The notes beneath the pieces were generated by a model, which did not search any database, was not told where the DNA came from, and worked only from the letters and a program-made list of their open reading frames with translations. Shown here piece by piece: positions 12,001 to 22,469 of a DNA stretch of 26,836 nucleotides. This DNA is from Chiloscyllium plagiosum (Eukaryota), in assembly GCF_004010195.1 (NCBI RefSeq), contig NC_057755.1, forward strand, positions 2,643,246 to 2,670,081, written 5' to 3'. The position numbers were made by a program, and so were the translations under genes. Within the stretch, counting starts at the first letter, position 1. Each line of letters opens with the position of its first letter.

Positions 12001-15000
12001 GTTGCACCGTCAGAAGGCCTGTACTGAGGAAGTGCCGCACTGCCCCAGGGTCAATACTGAGGGAGTGCTGCACTGTCAGCGGGTCAGTACTGAGGGAGTG
12101 CTGCATTGTCGGAGGATCAGTACTGAGGACGAGCGGCTCTGTCATGCGTCAGTACTGGGGGAGTGCTGCACTGTCAGAGGGTCAGTAATGAGGGAGTGTG
12201 GCACTGTCGGAGGGTCAGTATTGAGAGAGTGCTACACTGTTGGAGGTTCAGTACTGAGGGAGTGTCGCACTGTCAGAGGGTCAGTACTGAGAGAGTGCCG
12301 CACTATTGGAGGGTCAGGACTGAGGGAATGCTGCACTGTCAGAGGGTCAGTACTGAGAGAGTGCTGCACTGACAGAGGGTCAGTACTGAGTGAGTGCCGC
12401 ACTGTCAGATTGTTAGTACTGAGGCTGTGCTGCACTGTCAGTGGATCAGTACTAAGGGAGTGCTGCACTGTCAGAGGCTCAGTACTGAGGGATTGTTGCA
12501 CTGTCAGAGGGTCAGTACTGAGGGAATCCTGCACTGTCAGAGGGTCACTCTTGAGGGAATACTGCGCTGTCGGAGGGTTAGTACTGAGGGAGTGCTGCAC
12601 TGACAGATGGTCAGTACTGAGGGAGTGCCGCACTGTCAGAGGTTCAGTACTGAGGGAGTGCCGCAATGTCGGAGGGTCAGTACACAGGGAGTGTCGCACT
12701 GTCGGAGGGTCAGTACTGAGGGAGTGCTGCACTGTCAGAGGGTCAGTACTGATGGAGTGCCGGACTGTCGAAGGGTCAGTACTGAGGGAGTGTTGCACTG
12801 TCAGAGGGTCTGTACTGAGGGAGTGTCGCACTGTCAGAGGGTCAGTACTGAGGGAGTGCTGCACTGCCAGAGAGTCAGTACTGAGGGAGTGCCGCACTGT
12901 CAGAATCTTAGTACTGAGGGAGTGCCACACTCACAGATGGTCAGTAATGAGAGAGTGCTGCACTGTCAGATGGTCAGTACTGAGAGAGTGCTGCACTGTC
13001 TGAGGGTCAGTACTGAGAGAGTGCTGCACTGTCAAAGGGTCAGTACTTAGGGAGTGCCGCACTGTCAGCGGTTCAGTACTGAGGGATTGCCGCAATGTCG
13101 GAGGGTCAGTACTCAGGACGAGCCGCACTGTCATGGGTCTGTACTCATGGAGTGCTGCATGTCAGAGGGTCAGTACTGGGGTAGTGTCGCACTGTCAGAG
13201 GGTTAGTACTGAGGGTGTGCTGCACTGTCAGATGTTCAGTACTGAGGGAGTGCTGCACTGTGAGAGCGTCAGTACTGATGGAGTGCTGCACTGTCGAAGG
13301 GTCAGTACTGAGGGAGTGCTGCACTGTCAGAGGGTCAGTACTGAGGTAATGTCGCACTGTCGGAGGGTCAGTACTGAGAGGGTGCTGCACTGTGGGAGGG
13401 TCAGTACTGAGTGAGTGCCTCACTGTGAGAGGGTCAGTACTGAGGGAGAGTCGCACTGTCAGAGGGTCAGTACTGAGGGAGTGCTGCACTGTCTGAATCT
13501 TAGTAATGAGGGAGTGCCGCACTCGCAGATGGTCAGTAATGCGATAGCGCTGCACGGTCAGAGGGTAAGTACTGAGAGAGTGCTGCCCAGTCAGAGGGTC
13601 AGTACTGAGGGAGTGCTGCACTGTCAGAGGGTCAGTACTGAGGAAGTGCTGCACTGTCGGAGGGTCAGTAGTGAGGGAGTGCTACACTGCCAGAGGGTCT
13701 GTAATGAGGGAGTGTTGCACTGTCAGAAGGCCTGTACTGAGGAAGTGCCGCACTGTCCCAGGGTCAATACTGAGGGAGTGCTGCCCTGTCAGCGGGTCAG
13801 TACTGAGGTAGTGCTGCACTGTCAGAGGGTCAGTACTGAGGGAGTGCTGCACTGTCAGAGGGTCAGTACTGAGGGAGTGCCGCAATGTCGGAGGGTCAGT
13901 ACTGATGGAGTGCCGGACTGTCGGAGGGTCAGTACTGAGGGAGTGTTGCACTGTCAGAGGGTCAGTACTGAGGAAGTGTCGCACTGTCAGAGTGTCAGTA
14001 CTGAGGGAGTGCTGCACTGCCAGAGAGTCAGTACTGAGGGAGTGCCGCACAGTCGGAATCTTAGTACTGAGGGAGTGCCGCACTCGCAGATGGTCAGTAA
14101 TGAGAGAGTGCTGCACGGTCAGAGGGTAAGTACAGAGAGAGTGCTGCCCAGTCAGAGGGTCAGTACTGATGGAGCGCTGCACTGTCAGAGGGTCAGTACT
14201 GAGGGAGTGCTGCACTATCAGAGGGTCAGTACTGAGGGAGTGCTGCACTGTCGGAGGGTCAGTAGTGAGGGAGTGCTACATTGCTAGAGGGTCTGTAATG
14301 AGGGAGTGTTGCACTGTCAGAAGGCCTGTACTGAGGAAGTGCCGCACTGTCCCAGGGTCAATACTGAGGGAGTGTTAGTACTGAGGCGGGTCAGTACTGA
14401 GGGAGTGCTGCATTGTCGGAGGATCAGTACTGAGGACGAGCGGCTCTGTCATGGGTCAGTACTGGGGGAGTGCTGCACTGTCAGAGGGTCAGTAATGAGG
14501 GAGTGTGGCACTGTCGGAGGATCAGTACTGAGAGAGTGCTACACTGTTGGAGGTTCAGTACTGAGGGAGTGTCGCACTGTCAGAAGGTCAGTACTGAGAG
14601 ATTGCCGCACTATTGGAGGGTCAGGACTGAGGGAATGCTGCACTGTCAGAGGGTCAGTACTGAGAGAGTGCTGCACTGACAGAGGGTCAGTACTGAGCGA
14701 GTGCCGCACTGTCAGATTGTTAGTACTGAGGCTGTGCTGCACTGTCAGTGGATCAGTACTAAGCGAATGCTGAACTGTCAGAGGCTCAGTACTGAGGGAT
14801 TGTTGCACTGTCAGAGGGTCAGTACTGAGGGAATACTGCACTTTCAGAGGGTCACTACTGAGGGAATACTGCACTGTCGGAGAGTTAGTACTAAGGGAGT
14901 GCTGCACTGACAGACGGTCAGTACTGAGGGAGTGCTTCCCTGTCAGAGGGTCAGTACTGAGGGTGTGCTGCACTGTCAGAGGGTCAGTACGGATGGAGTG

Positions 15001-17170
15001 CCGGACTGTCGGAGGGTCAGTACTGAAGGAGTGCTGCACTGTCAGAGGGTCAGTGCTGAGGGAGAGTCGCACTGTCAGAGGGTCAGTACTGAGGGAATGA
15101 TGCACTGTCAGAATCTTAGTAATGAGGGAGTGCCGCACTCTCAGATGGTCAGTAATGAGATAGTACTGCACGGTCAGAGGGTAAGTACTGAGAGAGTGCT
15201 GCACTGTCAGAGGGTCAGTACCGAGGGGAGTGCCGCACTGTCAGAGGTTCAGTACTGAGGGAGTGCCGCAATGTCGGAGGGTCAGTACTGAGGCAGTGCT
15301 GCACTGTCAGAGGGTCAGTGCTGAGGGAGAGTCGCACTGTCAGAGGGTCAGTACTGAGAGAATGATGCACTGTCAGAATCTTAGTAATGAGGGAGTGCCG
15401 CACTCTCAGATGGTCAGTAATGAGATAGTACTGCACGGTCAGAGGGTAAGTACTGAGAGAGTGCTGCACTGTCAGATGGTCAGTACTGAGGGAGTGCCGC
15501 ACTGTCAGAGGTTCAGTACTGAGGGAGTGTCGCAATGTCGGAGGGTCAGTACTCAGGGAGTGTCGCACTGTCGGAAGGTCAGTACTGAGGGAGTGTTGCA
15601 CTGTCAGTGGGTCAGTACTGATGGAGTGCCGGACTGTCGGAGGGTCAGTACTGAGGGAGTGTTGCACTGTCAGAGGGTCAGTACTGAGGGAGTGTCGCAC
15701 TGTCAGAGGGTCAGTACTGAGGGAGTGCTGCACTGCCAGAGAGTCAGTACTGAGGGAGTGCCGCACTGTCAGAATCTTAGTACTGAGGGAGTGCCACACT
15801 CACAGATGGTCAGTAATGAGAGAGTGCTGCACTGTCAGATGGTCAGTACTGAGAGAGTGCTGCACTGTCTGAGGGTCAATACTGAGAGAGTGCTGCACTG
15901 TCAAAGGGTCAGTACTTAGGGAGTGCCGCACTGTCAGCGGTTCAGTAATGAGGGATTGCCGCAATGTCGGAGGGTCAGTACTCAGGACGAGCCGCACTGT
16001 CAGAGGGTTCGTACTGAGGGTGTGCTGCACTGTCAGAGGATCAGTACTGAGGGAGTGCTGCACTCTCCAAGGGTCAGTACTAATAGAGTGCTGCACTGTC
16101 AGTCGGTCAGTATTGAGGGACTGCTGCACTGTCAGAAGGTCACTACTGATGGAGTGCCGCAATGTCGGAGGGTCAGTACTGAGGGAGCGCTACACAGTCG
16201 GAGGGTCTGGATTGAGGTTGTGCTGCATTATGAGAGGGTCAGTCCTGAGGGAATGCCGCACTGTCAATTATTCCGTACTGAGGGAGTGCCGCATTATCGG
16301 AGGGTCTTTACTGAGGGAGTGCTGCACTATCTGAGGGTCAGTACTGAGAGTGTCGCACTATGAGAGGGTCAGTACTGAGGGAGTGCTGCACTGCCAGAGG
16401 GTCAGTACTGAGGGAGTGCTGCACTGTCGGAGGCTTAGTACTGAGGGAGTGCCGCAATCTCAGATGGTCAGTACTGACAGAGTGCTGCCCTGTCAGAGGG
16501 TCACTACTGAGGGAATGCTGCACTGTCAGAGGGTCATTACTGAGGGATTGCTGCACTGTCAGAGGGTCAGTATTGAGGGAGTGCTGCAATGTCAGAGGGT
16601 CAGTACTGAGGAAGTGCTGCACTGTCATGAGTCAGTACTCATTGAGGGCTGCACTGTCAGAGGGTCAGTACTTAGGGAGTGCCGCACTGTCAGAGGGTTC
16701 GTACTGAGGCTGTGCTGCACTGTCAGAGGTTCAGTACTAAGGGAGTGTTGTACTGTCAGAGGGTCAGTACTGAGGGAGTGCTGCACTGTCTGAGGGTCAG
16801 TACTGAGGGAGTGCCGCACTGTCAGAGGGTTCGTACTGAGGGTGTGCTGCACTGTCAGAGGATCAGTACTGAGGGAGTGCTGCACTCTCCAAGGGTCAGT
16901 ACTAATGGAGTGCTGCACTGTCGGAGGGTCAGTACTGAGGATGAGCCGCACTGTCAGATGTTCAGTACTGGGTAGTGCCGCACTGTCGGAGGGTCAGTTC
17001 TGAGGGAGTGATGCACTGTCGGAGGGTAAGTACTGAGGGAGTGGCGCACTTTTGGAGTGTCAGTACTGAGGGATTGCTGCACTGTCGGAGGGTCCATACT
17101 CAGGGAGTGCTGCATTGTCGGAGGATTAATTCGGAATGAATGTTGCATTTTCAGTTCTGATGGAATGCTG
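6043..17170. repeat. 33-bp satellite/minisatellite array, ~11.1 kb, ~335 units
   Basis: Consensus GTCAGTACTGAGGGAGTGCTGCACTGTCAGAGG. The 11-aa periodicity of all overlapping ORFs (RVSTEGVLHCQ, VRGSVLRECCT, TVQHSLSTDPL) confirms the 33-bp period. Both edges are degenerate. Confidence 0.98.
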
Positions 17171-17907
17171 CGCTCATTAATGATTTTTCCTGTGATGAAA
17201 TCCCTGGTGTACAACTCAGTATCTCTCCATTCGCCTGGGAGAATACATTGAAGATATGTTAATCTCATGTTGACCTATTCTGAAACTGATGTTTTGAATG
17301 CATCTGAAGGATTGTTATTAAATCTCAGACAGGATGTTTTTCCACAGAGATATTTACCCATGCAGCAGGTTGGAACATGACAAGGCTGCCTCCCGATATG
17401 ATCCGATATGCAGCAACATGTCTGATCCATCTCACTGTGAGAAAGACGGAGGAGTTGGTTTGAGGAATCCATCGCTTCAATATCCTGACAGTTCCTGGGA
17501 AAACAGCGATCGGGAATCAAGTGATGCAACATGAAAAGCAGAAACATAGCAAGATATAACACAACGGCTCCATTAGCAGGTCCACTGAAACTTCATTTCA
17601 GCTTTGAGACAAGTAAGAAATATTTCCAATCCATTGAGAAAGTTGGGGGATGGAATCCCTGTTGGCAGGAACTTGCTCCTCAGAGCGACTGGCTCCGGAA
17701 TCTGGGTCAACTGGACAAGGTGAATAAAGCAAGGCAGCTGAAGGGAATGATGGGAACTTGTGTTCAATGACAGTGTTGAAAGTGTCAGCAGGAAACAGGA
17801 CAAGGCAAGCTGCTGGGAAAGGGAAATGATTCCACTTTTAAAGGAGATGCTGTCACTCCCAGAATGTGGCTTGGTAGAAATTACAATGAGTAATAGAAGA
17901 TATTGGA

Positions 17908-18012
17908 GTGAGCTTTACTCAGTACCTAACCCTGCGCTGTCCCTGTCCTGGGAAGTTTGATGTGGATTGAATCTCATGACATCCCCGCCTTGGGAGAGTT
18001 TGATGAGGGCAG
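17908..18012 (+). repeat. One to two degenerate units of a dispersed shark minisatellite-like repeat
   Basis: GAGCTTTACTCAGTACCTAACCCTGCGCTGTCCCTGTCCTGGGAAGTTTGATG, followed by a partial second copy CCCCGCCTTGGGAGAGTTTGATG. The family assignment is from recall only. Confidence 0.4.
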
Positions 18013-18414
18013 GATCTCGGGGGATAACTCAAATGAATGAATAATTTCAATAAAGTTTATTTTTGTTGCGAGTTTGCAGAAAAATACAGTGAAAAGTTTT
18101 CATGTGTAGTCACGTTTCAGTGCCATTCTGAAGAAATGAAGAATAAGTCAATGAAGGATCGCTTTAGGTTAAAGAGAGTCCATCAGCAGGGAGCCAGCAC
18201 ATCATCCATTGTGCCTGAGTTACCATTCCACCATCTCACTTCACCTCAATTCATACAGGAACAAACCAACAACAGAGTCACACATCCTCAGGCGCCATTT
18301 TCACCGCTGGGCCTACCTCAGCAAAGGATGTCGCTGCCACCAAATCTGATGTCACCAGGATGAGGAAGACAGGTCGCACAAAAGGTCTTCATTTGGAAAA
18401 CATGACATCACTAA

Positions 18415-19160
18415 CCGGACCCAGTCTCCCCTGTGCTGGGTGTACACTCCCCCTCACCGGGCCCACTCTCCCCTGTGCTGGCTGTACACTCATCCTCACC
18501 GGGACCACACTCCCCTGTGCTGGGTGTACACTCATCCTCACCGGGACCACACCCCCCTGTGCTGAGTGTACACTCCCCCTCACCGGGCCCACACTCCCCT
18601 GTGCTGGGTGTACACTCCCCCTCACCGGGCCCACTCTCCCCTGTGCTGGATGTACAGTCCCCCCCACCGGGCCCACTCTCCCCTGTGCTGGCTGTATACT
18701 TCCCCTCACTGGGCCCACTCTCCCCTGTCCTGTGTGAACACCCCTCCTCATCAGACCCACTCTCCCCTGTGCTGGTGTACACTCCCCCTCATCGGGGCCT
18801 CTCCCCCCGTGGTGTGTGTACACCCCTCCTCACCAGACCCACTCCCCCCTGTGCTGGGTGTACATCCCTCCTTACTGGGCCCACTCTCCCTGTGCTGGGC
18901 GTACACTCCCCCTCACCGGGCCCACTCTCTCCTGTGCAGGGTGTACACTCCTCCTCACTGGGCCCGCTCTCCCCTGTGCTGGGTGCACACCCCTACTCAC
19001 CGGGCCCACTCTCCCTTGTGCTGGGTGTACACTCCTCCTAACTGGGCCCACTCTCCCCTCTACTGGGTGTACACTCCCCCTCATCGGGCCCACATTCCCC
19101 TGTGCTGGGTGTACACTCCTCCTCACCAGGCCCACTCTCGCCTGTGCTGGGTGTACACCC
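18415..19160. repeat. 42-bp C-rich minisatellite, ~18 copies
   Basis: Unit CCGGGCCCACTCTCCCCTGTGCTGGGTGTACACTCCCCCTCA, starting at 18415, 18457 ... The ORFs show 14-aa periodicity. Confidence 0.95.
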
Positions 19161-19190
19161 TTCCACACCCAAAATCTTGCATTATAAAAT

Positions 19191-19689
19191 TGAGATGCAC
19201 GTGGAAATGCTACACAGTGTGAAGCGAAAACAGGTAGAATTATCTATGATTAATAGGGCAGAGCAACTGTAGAGCAGGGTGTACCTGTAACAGGAGAATA
19301 GTGTGCTCGTCGCAGGAGGGATTGGGCCAACGGATAGAATTTAGTTTGGCAGGATGATCACACAAAGACAACAAACTATGCCAGGATAGTCACAAATAAG
19401 GAATAAGATAAATAAGAGTAAGGGACGACAGGCTTAGAATAATGGGAGAAGTAAACAGAGGCGGAGTGAAGCTCGAGCTTGTGATAGGGTATACACTGCA
19501 GCAAAAGTAACCAATCGGGTAAAAGGGGAGGACTGAGAGACGCAGCTAAACTGCATAAATCCGAATGTAACCCTCAGATCGGGGAGCCTACTCGTTAGAC
19601 ACCCGTCTTGCAAGTACGTTTCAATAAAATTCGCTGCTTCAGAATTTGACTCGGACTGAAATTTATTAATATGTGAGCTTTGTTTCTCA
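19191..19689 (+). mobile_element. Probable solo LTR (endogenous retrovirus or LTR retrotransposon)
   Basis: Inverted termini TGAGA...TCTCA; CCAAT at 19511; TATA-like CATAAAT at 19554; AATAAA at 19623; flanks AAAT/CAAT (imperfect 4-bp TSD); CpG-rich relative to its surroundings. Confidence 0.6.
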
Positions 19690-19691
19690 CA

Positions 19692-20422
19692 ATTATTGGA
19701 CGAGTAGTTCCATAAAGGGCCTGTACTGTGCTGTAATGTTCTATGTTGCATTAGTTGAATGTCCTTTATTAGCCAAGCAGTTCCATGAAGGGCCTGTACT
19801 GTGCTCTCATATTCAATTTTGTATGAGTCTAACCTCCAGTATTAGCGAAGTCGTTCCATAAAGGGCCCGTACTGCGCTGTCACCTTCAATGTTGTATTAG
19901 TCCACTTTCCTTTCTTAGCCGAGCAGTTCTATAAAGGGCCAGCACTGTGCTGTAATTTTCGACGGTCTATGAGTCTAACTTCATTTATGAGTCGAGCAGT
20001 TCCATAAAGGGCTTGTACTGCGCTGTAATGATCTATGTTGTATTCGTCTAACTTCCATTATGAGCTGAGCGGTTCCATATAGGACCTGTACTGCGCTTTC
20101 ATATTCTTTGATCTATGAGTGCAACTTCCTTTATTAGCCGAGTGGTTTAAGAAAAGGCCTGTAATGCATTGTAATGTTCTATGTTCTATGAATCTAAGTT
20201 GCTTTTTTAGCCGAGTTGTTCCAAATAACTCCTGTACTGCACTGTCATGTTTTTTCCTCAATGAGTGTAACTTCCATTATTAGCTGGGTGGTTCCATAAA
20301 GGGCCTGTATTGCGCTGTAATGTACCATGTTGTATTAGTGTAACTTCCTTTATTAACCGACCAGTTCCATAACTGCTTTATTAGCCGAGTGGTTCCATAA
20401 AGGGACTGTGTTTCACTGTAAT
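19692..20422. repeat. 73-bp minisatellite, left block (~10 units)
   Basis: Unit GTTCCATAAAGGGCCTGTACTGCGCTGTAATGTTCTATGTTGTATTAGTCTAACTTCCTTTATTAGCCGAGCA, starting at 19707, 19780, 19853, 19926 ... 20364. Confidence 0.93.
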
Positions 20423-20762
20423 GCCCTGGGGTTGAAGTTTTCCAAGGTAGAAGATGAGGCTTTCTTCCTCCAAGCTTTGGGTGGCGAGGGAGCGGCGGTG
20501 AAGAAGGCCCAGGACCTGCATGTCCTCGGCAGAGTGGGAGGGGAAGTTGAAATGTTGGGTGAGGGGGAGTTGATTGGTGTGGATGTCCCAGAGATGTTCC
20601 CTAAAGCGTTCTGCTCGGAGGCGTCCAGTCTTCCCAATGTAGAGGAGACTGCATCGGGAGCAATGGATACAATAAATGATATTGGTGGATGTGCAAGAAA
20701 AATTTGAAGGATGTGGAAGACCCCTTTAGGACCTTGGATGGAGGTGAGGGAGGAGGCGCAGG
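20420..20762 (-). mobile_element. Penelope-like retroelement fragment encoding a GIY-YIG endonuclease domain
   Basis: Manual minus-strand translation gives SCTSTNIIYCIHCSRCSLLYIGKTGRLRAERFREHLWDIHTNQLPLTQHFNFPSHSAEDMQVLGL...EEESLIFYLGKLQPQGI. This has the IY-CxxC-YIG, RFREH and HFN motifs of Penelope endonucleases. There is a frameshift upstream. Confidence 0.9.
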
Positions 20763-21262
20763 TTCTATGTTGTAGTCGTCCAACTTCCGTTAATAGCTGA
20801 GGAGTTCCATAAAGGGCCTGTACTGCGCTGTCATATTCTATGTTGCAATAGTCGAACTTCCTTTTTTTAGCTGAGCGGTTCTATAAAAAGCCTGTACTGT
20901 GCTGTAATGTTCCATTTTCGATGTGTCTAACTTCCTTTATTTGCTGAGCAGTTCCATAAAAGGCCTGTACTGCACTGTAATGTTCTATATTTTATGTTAT
21001 TCTGACTTCCTTTATTAGCCAAGCAGTTCTATAAAAGGTTATAGTGCGCTGTAATGTTCTATGTTGTAGTAGTCTAAATTCCTTAATTATCCGTGTGGTT
21101 CTATAAAGGGCCTGTACTGCGCTGTCATGTTCTATGTTGTATTAGTCTAACTTCCTTTATTATTCAAGCGGTTCCATAAAGGGCCTGTACTACACTGTCA
21201 TATTCTGTGTTGAATTAGTCTAACTTCCTTTATTAGCCAAGCGGTTCCATAAAGGGTCTATA
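20762..21262. repeat. 73-bp minisatellite, right block (~7 units)
   Basis: Same unit as the left block, starting at 20804, 20878, 20951, 21026, 21098, 21171 and 21244. Confidence 0.93.
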
Positions 21263-21265
21263 CTT

Positions 21266-21907
21266 GTGAGACGTGATTTCCCATGCACTAAGCCATGATA
21301 ACTATCCCTAATTAGTCATTGCCTTCCCAAACACATGTACATCCTGTCCCTCAGCATTCCCTCCTATTACTTGCCCACCACCGATGTCAGGCTCACTGGT
21401 CTATAGTTCCCTGGCTTGTCCTTACCACCCTTCTTAAGCAGTGGCACTACATGAGGCAACCTCCATTCTTCCGGCACTTCAGCTGTGACTATCGATGATA
21501 CAAATACCTCAGCAAGAAGCCCAGCAATCACTTTCCTGGCTTCCCACAGAGTTTTTGGGTACACCTGATTAGGTACTGGGGATTTAGGTGTTTCAAGACA
21601 TCCAGTACTTACTCCTCTGTATTATGGACATTTTTCAAGATGTCACCATCTATTTCCCTACACTCCATGTCCTTTTCCACAGTAAATACTGATGCAAAAT
21701 ACTTGTTTAATATCTCCGCCCTCTCCTGTGGCTCCACACAAAGGCCGCCTTGCTGCTCCTTGAGGGACCCTATTCTTTCCCTAGTTACACCATCGACCTT
21801 AATGTATTTGCAAAAACACTTTGCATTCTCCTTAATCCTATTTGCCAAAGCTATCTCATGTTCCCTTTGTGCCCTCCTGATTTCCCTCTTAAGTATACTT
21901 CTACTTA
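21266..21907 (-). mobile_element. CR1 LINE ORF2 internal fragment
   Basis: ORFs 21609..21980 (KREIRRAQREHEIALANRIKENAKCFCKYIK...AEILNKYFASVFT) and 21367..21564 (EVPEEWRLPHVVPLLKKGGKDKPGNYRPVSLTSVVGK) are canonical CR1 ORF2 motifs. Confidence 0.93.
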
Positions 21908-22011
21908 AGTGAAATGTTGTAGTGTTCTCATTTATTATCTCAGCTCTGTCCTCATTCTCCATATGATACCTTGTTCCCACTCTTTCCTATAAGTGCCCAT
22001 TTACTATTTAA

Positions 22012-22125
22012 AGAAATTTTTGAAGTAACCTGTTCAGAGATGTTTCTTTGCATCTGAGGAACTGGTGGAGCTTGAATCTGTGCCTTCTGGCTCAGAAGTA
22101 AGGATACTACAACTGTGCCAAAAAA
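22012..22125 (-). mobile_element. Short tRNA-derived SINE, decayed (same family as 2235-2356)
   Basis: Reverse complement reads TGGCACAGTTGTAGTATCCTTACTTCTGAGCCAGAAGGCACAGATTCAAGCTCCACC...CATCTCTGAACAGGTT. Confidence 0.55.
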
Positions 22126-22469
22126 GCCCCTTCTTTTCCTCAGTGTAGGTTAACCATGAATCTAATCTCATGTGCTCTCTTCTTTCCTCTTTTAGACCAC
22201 CTTCATGCTTTCCATCTATAGTTCAGGGGTAATGAAGTAAAGAAAAAAACCTAAAACTGACATGAGAAGTAAATTTTATTAAATATGTTTACATAACATG
22301 AGCCTGACTTCCATTTAAAAGTACAGGGGAATGTTCAGACAACTGCTGCAGTTAGGTATTTTCCAAGCAGCTGTTTTTCACCACAATAAAGGAAGTCGAA
22401 CTTTGTGAATCCGTGGTTTAATCCTTCCTGCTCAGCAGTCAGGTAATAATCAACCTTATAGATCTTAAC

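Noticed and set aside
6043..17170. CRISPR-like appearance (33-bp palindromic repeats)
   Set aside because: The units are head-to-tail with no unique spacers, there are no cas genes, and the context is vertebrate retroposons. The same applies to the 52- and 73-bp arrays.
17130..17265. Minus-strand acceptor TATTCTCCCAG followed by GEWRDTELYTRDFITGKIINE
   Set aside because: There is no credible donor, and the frame runs into the degenerate edge of the 33-bp array.
6000..17268. Dozens of long ORFs (up to 487 aa) with His/Cys-rich 11-aa repeats
   Set aside because: They are translations of the 33-bp unit, open in several frames on both strands, with scattered stops and frameshifts. They lack C2H2 zinc-finger spacing and any non-repeat domain.
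18360..19222. Pro/Cys/Gly-rich ORFs resembling mucin or keratin-associated proteins
   Set aside because: Products of the 42-bp repeat, open in most frames, with no splice or domain support.
21266..21980. Active or domesticated reverse transcriptase gene
   Set aside because: It is a short internal CR1 fragment broken by stops and deletions and lacking the catalytic core.
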